Source: Candidatus Hermodarchaeota archaeon
GTDB taxonomy: Archaea; Asgardarchaeota; Lokiarchaeia; Sigyniarchaeales; SOKP01
Length of the DNA stretch: 13,730 bases
Assembly: GCA_048885525.1 (NCBI GenBank)
Contig: JBHLLP010000065.1
Location: forward strand, 1 to 13,730
Reading direction: 5' to 3'
Shown: positions 7,722 through 13,730 of the stretch, in pieces
Position numbering within the stretch: position 1 is the stretch's first letter
How the letters are laid out: every line of letters starts with the position of its first letter
The notes under the pieces: generated by a model
Told to the model about the DNA's origin: nothing
The model's database searches: none
What the model saw: only the letters and a program-made list of their open reading frames with translations
Made by a program: the position numbers and the translations under genes

Positions 7722-9014
7722 ATGAGCTATTCTGAGCATGAAATGGTAAATAATTATTTAATTCAGGTACATAAAAAATTTCCTGAATGGTTAAAACTAA
7801 AAAAAGAAGAAGCTGATAAAATTTTAAACGATTTAGAAAATCAAATTCTAGATGAAGCAAGAAATATCGCTAATGGGAGAGATCCATCTGATATTGATAT
7901 ACAACAAGCTTTAATACAAATTGGTACTCCAGAAAGTATTGCTAAGTTATATAAGCGTCGAGGTACACCAAAACTATATATAACAGAAGAGTTATTCGAT
8001 TTTTATATTAGATCGATGCTTTTATTCTTCTTAATTGTTATTGGTATCAACCTTATTGTCTCAATTTTTAAGTTTATTTTTCAACCGTTAAAATGGGCAT
8101 TAACTCTAGGAGAAATGTTTTCAGGGATGTGGATTGGATGCTTGATTACAGCTCTTGTAATAACCGTAATATTTGTGTATTTTTCTATGGAAGGGTTTTT
8201 ACCTGAGGATTTTGGTGTCATTCCCTCACGATTGGCTTTATTATTCCCTTTTCATATATCTGAAAAAGGAATACAAGAAACTCGAGAGTATACAAAAGCT
8301 AAATTAGAAGAAGCAAAACAAAAAACAAAGGAAATTATTACACAAGCACGATATCGTACAAGAGAAAAATTAGCTGAAATTAAAGCAGTTACTCAAGAAA
8401 AATTAGCAGTTGCACAATTACATAGAGAACAAAAGTTATTAGAAGCGAAAATGCGTAGAGAAGAAAAATTAGAAAGAGCTAAGCAACGTATAGAGGAAAG
8501 AAAAGAAGTAGCTAAAATGAAAAGAGAATTGAAAAAAAAGCAGGTAGTTTCAATAGGAGAATTAATTTTTGGTACTATCGCAGGATTAATCTTCGGATTA
8601 TTTATAATAATACAACCTTTTGCTGAAATTCCAGGACTCTTTGATCCAAAATTTCTAGCTTGGTTGAAAATCTTTGGATTGTTAATATTATTTAGTGGTT
8701 TAATCAACTTTATTCGATTAATTATTGGAGTTAGAAATCATACGGGGCAACAAGTGATGTTGGTACTAGAAGCTCTCTATTCATTAGTTTATATTCCAAT
8801 CTTTTTAATTCTCTTAAATAATCCTGAGATCTTTCCAATTTCTTTATTTTCAGGGGGAACAATCACTGTAATTCCACATGATACCAATAATATAACTTAC
8901 ATTATTTATTTCTGGGTAATAATTGGAGGAATACTTATTGGGACTCTCGGTAGTATTATAGGGAATTTCTATAAAGTAAGTAAACTTCAAAAATTAAAAA
9001 CAGATTTCTACTAA
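7722..9014 (+). CDS. Second HAAS-like 6-TM membrane protein, paralogue of 2385..3440, with an inserted 11-mer helical repeat loop
   Basis: Shares PEWLK, G(S/T)P.SIAK.YKRRGTPK.YI..E, IGCL, SMEG(Y/F).PEDF and PEIFPI with the 351-aa protein; GAGGA SD-like motif upstream. Confidence 0.82.
   Translation: MSYSEHEMVNNYLIQVHKKFPEWLKLKKEEADKILNDLENQILDEARNIANGRDPSDIDIQQALIQIGTPESIAKLYKRRGTPKLYITEELFDFYIRSMLLFFLIVIGINLIVSIFKFIFQPLKWALTLGEMFSGMWIGCLITALVITVIFVYFSMEGFLPEDFGVIPSRLALLFPFHISEKGIQETREYTKAKLEEAKQKTKEIITQARYRTREKLAEIKAVTQEKLAVAQLHREQKLLEAKMRREEKLERAKQRIEERKEVAKMKRELKKKQVVSIGELIFGTIAGLIFGLFIIIQPFAEIPGLFDPKFLAWLKIFGLLILFSGLINFIRLIIGVRNHTGQQVMLVLEALYSLVYIPIFLILLNNPEIFPISLFSGGTITVIPHDTNNITYIIYFWVIIGGILIGTLGSIIGNFYKVSKLQKLKTDFY
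8280..8543 (+). repeat. Eight degenerate tandem 33-bp / 11-aa repeats within the CDS
   Basis: TREYTKAKLEE/AKQKTKEIITQ/ARYRTREKLAE/IKAVTQEKLAV/AQLHREQKLLE/AKMRREEKLER/AKQRIEERKEV/AKMKRELKKKQ; the DNA word gaaaaattag recurs at multiples of 33 nt. Confidence 0.8.
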
Positions 9015-9042
9015 AAACTTTAAATATTAAGCATAAACCTTA

Positions 9043-9060
9043 TTTTTTTTTCTATTTTTT
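9043..9060 (+). terminator. T-tract terminator after the second HAAS gene
   Basis: tttttttttctatttttt about 30 nt after the stop codon. Confidence 0.5.
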
Positions 9061-9113
9061 AAAATCCTGTGTTTAAAAGATTTAACTAAACATAATTAAT
9101 AATTATAATAAAT

Positions 9114-9938
9114 ATGGATTTATCTAAGAATTTAAACCTTAAACTTAAAGAGCTTAAATCGTTTTTAGATGGAAAAAAGGTTATTGTAGCTTTTTCTGGA
9201 GGCGTAGACAGCTCTCTTCTAGCGTATCTATCCAAAAAGTATGCCAAAGATACGTTACTAATAACTGAACGTTCAATTCTTTATCCTGAGGAAGAAGTTA
9301 AAGAAGCATCTAAATTTGCTAATAAACATGGCATAGAACATAAAATTATTAAACGCGATCCTTTAAAAAACAAGGAATTCCAATGTAATCCCTCAAATAG
9401 ATGCTATATCTGTAAAATGGGGTTATATAATGATATAATTGAAATTAAAAATTCAAAAAATTTTGATCTTATATTAGATGGTTCGAATATTGATGATCTT
9501 TCTGATTATAGACCTGGAATGCAAGCTCTGAAAGAATTACAAATATCTACTCCATATATAGATTTTAATATTGATAAAACTGAGATAAGACAAATTTGCA
9601 AATACTATAATTTAGATATTCAAGCTAAACCATCAATGGCATGCTTTTCTTCTCGGATACCTTATGGACAAATTATCAATGAAGAAAAACTATTTATGAT
9701 TAGAGAAGCAGAACGATTCTTAAAAAATACTTTCAACCTAAAACAATTGAGGGTTCGATTACATGAAAATAATTTAGGACGAATTGAATTTTTGGAAAGC
9801 GATCTCCCAAAAGTATTAACTGAAGAAAATATGAAGATCATCAGAAATGCCCTAAAAAAAATTGGATTTATTTATGTTACAGTAGATCTAGCAGGATTTC
9901 GCTCAGGTTCTATGAATGAGGTTCTCAATTTAGATTAA
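9114..9938 (+). CDS. larE: LarE-family ATP-dependent (PP-loop) sulfur transferase
   Basis: AFSGGVDSS PP-loop, NRCYICK, DGSN.DD..DYRPG..A, KPSMACFSSRIPYG, LRVR.H, VTVDLAGFRSGSMNE. Confidence 0.92.
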   Translation: MDLSKNLNLKLKELKSFLDGKKVIVAFSGGVDSSLLAYLSKKYAKDTLLITERSILYPEEEVKEASKFANKHGIEHKIIKRDPLKNKEFQCNPSNRCYICKMGLYNDIIEIKNSKNFDLILDGSNIDDLSDYRPGMQALKELQISTPYIDFNIDKTEIRQICKYYNLDIQAKPSMACFSSRIPYGQIINEEKLFMIREAERFLKNTFNLKQLRVRLHENNLGRIEFLESDLPKVLTEENMKIIRNALKKIGFIYVTVDLAGFRSGSMNEVLNLD

Positions 9939-9953
9939 TCTTTAGCTGCATTT

Positions 9954-11339
9954 TTAACTTTTTATATATTTTATTACTCTATTTCGTTTCATTATCGCAT
10001 TAGCTGCGGCAATTTCTAATTTTTTTTCCATCTCTTCTTTGGATTCTGGTACTTCTTCTCCTATTTCTTGTTTTATTTTAGTGTAAGCCGATTCCCGAAA
10101 TCTAGGTAAAACATTTTCTTGTTCATCTTTAGCAAAGACTATTTTAATTTGATTAGAATCATCAACATATCCAATTTCAGAACACTTTATATCATTTTCT
10201 CGCAAATCTAAAATTATTTTATTTGATACATCTTCAGTACAATAAATTAATAAAGAGTCTAAAGAAACTCCTAAATAATCAACATTTACTTTTTCGAGTA
10301 ATTCAAGAACAATCGGATTTACCAGTTTTCTTACCTCTTGTTCAAAAATAGTTGCACCACATTTAGCTTCATAATTAATCTCATAGAGATCTCCTCTAAG
10401 TCCTCCATTCGTCACATCACACATTGCATGGATATCATTTACGTACTTAGAATTTAAAATAACTTTGCAAGCTTCAAGGAATTTAATATTCATTGTTTCT
10501 TTAACAACATAGTGGTTTCCTGAATATATCGCAGTTGTTGTTATAGTGCCTCCACCAGCACCCTCTGTCATTAAGATTTTATCCCCAACATTAATATTCC
10601 CCCTTGCTAAAATTCGATTACAAACACCAATTGCACTAACACCACCAACTAAACGGTTTCCAATAACCATATCCCCCCCTATACGAAGAGTTGAACCCGC
10701 AGTAATTGGGACTTTCGCTAATTCTGATATTGCAGAAATTCCTGCCATAAAATCAAATAACTTTCCTACATCTGCATCATCACCTAAATGTGCATCAATC
10801 ATAATCGAAATAGGCTTTGCTCCTTTAACATATAGATCTCTGAGGCAAGCTCGGGTTACATGAAATCCACATATGAATGGAAAATCGCTTAGTCGAGAAT
10901 GGATCCCCTCCATTTTCGATACAATAATCAATTCATTCTCATCAAGTTGAATTTCTTGTAGATCTTGTAATCGTACCGCTCCTGCATCATCTAAAGAGGT
11001 AGGTGCCAAATAGGCTTTATACTCAGTTTCTGATAATTCTGCTATTAGTTTATGGACAAAGAAATCTCCACTTCCTCTACATCCAACACCTTGCTGACCT
11101 ACCGACACATTAGCCCTATTTAGATCTAAAATCTCTTTAATGAAAGGATGAGTTACTTTATTTATATCACTTTTATGACATTCTTCTAAAATTGCTTTAG
11201 CATACTTTCTAGCTAAATTATCATCTATTTCTTTAAAATCATGATATTCATGAACCAATCTTTCAAGAATTTGTTGATCAGAATATCCCTTTCGTATTAA
11301 ATTCCTAGTTAATCCTTCTAAATCGCTCAAATTGCTCAA
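9954..11339 (-). CDS. AIR synthase-related (PurM/HypE-fold) archaeal protein, MJ0640-like, function unknown
   Basis: DLEG start, GVGCRGSGDFFVH, LDDAG, EGIHSRLSDFPF..GFHVTRA.LRDLYVKGAKP, GDKILMTEGAGGGT, HAMCDVTNGGLRGD. TTG start at 11339; the TTG at 11330 is better spaced from the GAAGGA SD-like motif. Confidence 0.82.
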   Translation of the reverse strand: MSNLSDLEGLTRNLIRKGYSDQQILERLVHEYHDFKEIDDNLARKYAKAILEECHKSDINKVTHPFIKEILDLNRANVSVGQQGVGCRGSGDFFVHKLIAELSETEYKAYLAPTSLDDAGAVRLQDLQEIQLDENELIIVSKMEGIHSRLSDFPFICGFHVTRACLRDLYVKGAKPISIMIDAHLGDDADVGKLFDFMAGISAISELAKVPITAGSTLRIGGDMVIGNRLVGGVSAIGVCNRILARGNINVGDKILMTEGAGGGTITTTAIYSGNHYVVKETMNIKFLEACKVILNSKYVNDIHAMCDVTNGGLRGDLYEINYEAKCGATIFEQEVRKLVNPIVLELLEKVNVDYLGVSLDSLLIYCTEDVSNKIILDLRENDIKCSEIGYVDDSNQIKIVFAKDEQENVLPRFRESAYTKIKQEIGEEVPESKEEMEKKLEIAAANAIMKRNRVIKYIKS

Positions 11340-11445
11340 ATCCTTCTAAATCATAAAAAGCTATGAATAAAAGTATATAATACATTTAAATTATTTTGAA
11401 AATTCTTATTTATAGTTTAGACTACTCTAGATAGAAAAGATAAAC

Positions 11446-12456
11446 ATGACTTCTTTAAGAATAACAACTCCCTGTCGCATTCATCTTTCTTTAATAGACG
11501 AGAATGGATACACTGGTAGAGTGGATGGTGGTATTGGACTTATGTTAGACCGTCCGAACGTTGTATTCGAAGCCTCCAACAGTGCTAAAGAATTTAAAAT
11601 TGAAGCTCATAGATATTATCGAGAATCAATCGAGGTCATCAATGAAATAGCTTCAAAGGTTTTCAAAAGGCATAATATAAGTAATAAAAATTTTCACTTC
11701 AATCTTAAAAGATATTTCCCCTCACATGTGGGATTGGGCTCGAAAACTCAATTATCTTTAGCTATAGCTACAGCAATAACAAAATTGAAGAATATTAATC
11801 ATTTAACTCACAAAGATTTAACTAAATTAGTAGAAAGAGGAGGCACTTCTGGAATCGGGTGGAGAGGTTTTGAAACAGGAGGTTTTATTTTAGATGGTGG
11901 ACATGATTTTGGGAAAGGGAAAGAAAAGGAAACCTTTTTACCATCATCCGCTTCAACTTCAGCTAATCCTGCATTGACAATTTTTAGATATAATATTCCT
12001 GAAAATTGGAGATTCGTATTGGTTATTCCTAATGTGAAGAAAGGAGCATATGGAGATGAAGAAGTTAGTGTTTTTCAAAATTATGCCCCAATCCCTAGAA
12101 ATGAAGTAAATGAAGTATCTCACCAAATAATAATGAAGATTATTCCAGGAATTATAAAAAATGAATTAAAATGCTTTGGAGAAGGATTAAAAAGAATTCA
12201 GGGTATTGGTTTTAAAAAAATAGAAATCGAGTTACAACACGAAGTAGTTAAAGATCTTTTAAAATTTTTTGATCAATATGGATTGAAGGCATATGGTATG
12301 TCATCTTTTGGGCCCAGTGTTATTGGAATTGTAGAATCTGACTCAGAAGCAGAAATTTTATTGAGAGAAGTCCAAAAGAATCAAAAAAATGGTGGAGGAC
12401 ATATCTATATATGTAAACCAAATAATAAAGGAGCTAAAATAGAATATATAGATTGA
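11446..12456 (+). CDS. mptG: Beta-ribofuranosylaminobenzene 5'-phosphate (beta-RFAP) synthase, GHMP-kinase fold, methanopterin biosynthesis
   Basis: TPCRIHLSLID..G..GRVDGGIG, PSHVGLGSKTQLSLA, RGGTSGIG..GFE.GGFILDGGH, FLPSSAS, GFKKIE, GMSSFGP. Confidence 0.92.
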   Translation: MTSLRITTPCRIHLSLIDENGYTGRVDGGIGLMLDRPNVVFEASNSAKEFKIEAHRYYRESIEVINEIASKVFKRHNISNKNFHFNLKRYFPSHVGLGSKTQLSLAIATAITKLKNINHLTHKDLTKLVERGGTSGIGWRGFETGGFILDGGHDFGKGKEKETFLPSSASTSANPALTIFRYNIPENWRFVLVIPNVKKGAYGDEEVSVFQNYAPIPRNEVNEVSHQIIMKIIPGIIKNELKCFGEGLKRIQGIGFKKIEIELQHEVVKDLLKFFDQYGLKAYGMSSFGPSVIGIVESDSEAEILLREVQKNQKNGGGHIYICKPNNKGAKIEYID

Positions 12457-12462
12457 TAATAA

Positions 12463-12849
12463 ATGCCTAAGTCTAACGAAAAAATCTACTTTTCACCTGA
12501 TATAAGTGAAAGAGAAAGAGCTTGTTTTGAGACTGGTATCAAATTAGGAGCTCTTTATCATATACTCTGTGGTATTCCAATAACTTCAGACGAGAAAATT
12601 ATTAATTCTATTGAAAAAGGTATTGAAGCAGCAATTTCTTGCCAACCTTATGTAAAATCAATAAGAATTATATTAGATAAAGACAAGATTACCAAGAATA
12701 AATCTACAGAATTCGATTATGATGAAATATCCGGGAAAATTATTCGTGCTGAATTAACTTTAAAATATGAAGCTGTTGAAGTTATCGCAAAAATTGACTG
12801 GATTGAAGATTTACAATATCCTCTAATGTATATTGAAAAAATTCAATAG
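12463..12849 (+). CDS. mptD: Archaeal 7,8-dihydroneopterin aldolase (DUF381/MJ0408 family)
   Basis: SERERACFETGIKLGALYH, IE.AI..QPYV and C-terminal EDLQYPLMYI are family signatures; it lies 6 nt downstream of mptG. Confidence 0.88.
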   Translation: MPKSNEKIYFSPDISERERACFETGIKLGALYHILCGIPITSDEKIINSIEKGIEAAISCQPYVKSIRIILDKDKITKNKSTEFDYDEISGKIIRAELTLKYEAVEVIAKIDWIEDLQYPLMYIEKIQ

Positions 12850-12924
12850 ATAAGACTTCCTTAAACTAGAAAAAATAATTTTATTGATAAACATATTCAA
12901 ATATGATCTTAAGAGGATAAAATA

Positions 12925-13176
12925 ATGAAGACAAAAAATATAAGTATCAATATTAAAAAAGGTGAGAAAATCCCTTATAAAGAGACATATATAACATTTT
13001 ATAAACATAAAAATAAAATAAAAATTGATCAAAAATTTATTGAACAAACAAAAAACCAATCAATTACCTTAAACTTAGAAGAATCTGAAAGGTTAATAAA
13101 TTTACTCACTTTTTTTGTATTTAATGGGAAATTTAAGCCATATAAAGGAAAAATGCTGAAGTTTAAAAAATGTTAA
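12925..13176 (+). CDS. Small basic hypothetical protein (83 aa)
   Basis: ATG preceded by GAGGA; fills the gap between mptD and DUF447 and overlaps the convergent gene's stop (TTAA). No family recognised with confidence. Confidence 0.5.
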   Translation: MKTKNISINIKKGEKIPYKETYITFYKHKNKIKIDQKFIEQTKNQSITLNLEESERLINLLTFFVFNGKFKPYKGKMLKFKKC

Positions 13177-13730
13177 TCCAATAAACAACTAATATATTTA
13201 TCAATTAGGTAAATTGTTTTGAGTGCTTTTTTATTTTTTCCAAATCTTTCAATATTCTCTTTATAATCCTCAATTTTTTTATGAATCTTAGAAAACTGTT
13301 GCTGATTTTGATTTTCTTTAGCAATTTTTAAACGAGTTGTCAATATTATTGCTTCTAGCGCTAAATTCTCTGCCCTATTAAATAATTTATGAGTCTCTCG
13401 AAGTTTCTCATTAAATATAACGTCTAATTTAAATACTGGTACCATAATTTCTCCTAAATCATTCTTTTTAGTTTTTTGAAATTCATGGGAAACTTCCCCT
13501 ATTAATATTCCCCATGATTTTTTTATATACGGTACATCCATGGCACGAGATTCTATATATTTAAAATCATAATATTTTGAGGGAATCTCCGTCAAACCAA
13601 TAGTAGATTCTGGTTCTTTTAAGGCAGCTAGAGCATACAAATATATATCATCGACGAAATTAATCGCAATTGTATTATATTCCTTCAAATTTTTATAAGT
13701 TATAGTGCTGTAGAAAGGAGATATTTGTAT
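13173..13730 (-). CDS. DUF447-family protein (FMN-binding split-barrel-like N-domain plus helical C-domain), 5' end beyond the window
   Basis: The frame stays open past the ORF-track start 13688 to the edge (IQISPFYSTITYKNLKEYNTIAINFVDD); T..NL......INFVDD and FNRAENLALEAIILTTRL match DUF447; context next to mptG/mptD fits. Confidence 0.75.
   Translation of the reverse strand: MQISPFYSTITYKNLKEYNTIAINFVDDIYLYALAALKEPESTIGLTEIPSKYYDFKYIESRAMDVPYIKKSWGILIGEVSHEFQKTKKNDLGEIMVPVFKLDVIFNEKLRETHKLFNRAENLALEAIILTTRLKIAKENQNQQQFSKIHKKIEDYKENIERFGKNKKALKTIYLIDKYISCLLD

Noticed and set aside
8280-8543. 33-bp periodic DNA considered as a CRISPR array or non-coding tandem repeat
   Set aside because: Degenerate, in frame, without spacers; it is a protein-level repeat.
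8393-8707. 104-aa antisense ORF
   Set aside because: Antisense to the repeat/TM region of the HAAS paralogue; explained by codon bias.
10546-10863. 105-aa antisense ORF
   Set aside because: Mirror frame of the conserved PurM-like gene.
9954-11339. Annotation as hypE, selD, thiL or purM
   Set aside because: Lacks the HypE terminal PR(I/V)C and the SelD CxxK motif and has long N- and C-terminal extensions; only the fold-level call is supported.
12454-12462. TGA stop of mptG as possible selenocysteine readthrough into mptD
   Set aside because: TGA is immediately followed by in-frame TAA TAA, so these are true stops.
12823-13059. 78-aa F/I/Y-rich minus-strand ORF
   Set aside because: Composition reflects the A-rich opposite strand; it overlaps mptD and the better-supported 83-aa ORF.

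Overview
AT-rich (roughly 30% GC by eye) archaeal chromosomal window. Archaeal-type methanopterin genes, a PadR with a zinc ribbon, bacterial-like catabolic genes and T-tract terminators together suggest an Asgard/Lokiarchaeia-type genome (inference). Left to right: a multi-TM CocE/NonD serine hydrolase (probably 5'-truncated); a minus-strand three-gene operon of CPBP intramembrane protease, PadR(+Zn ribbon) and HAAS-like 6-TM membrane protein, preceded by a perfect 10-3-10 palindrome overlapping its TATA box; a thiolase-like (TLP1-type) protein; a DUF998/DRAM-like membrane protein; a second HAAS-like paralogue carrying eight tandem 11-residue helical repeats; LarE (CxxC...C type); a HypE/PurM-fold ATP-binding protein lacking the HypE C-terminal Cys; mptG-mptD; a small basic ORF; and a DUF447 gene running off the right edge. 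The best candidate for an undescribed system is the protease/PadR/HAAS membrane-sensing module with its operator and the repeat-bearing second sensor. No rRNA, tRNA, CRISPR array or mobile element was seen. All family calls are from motif recognition, not database searches.
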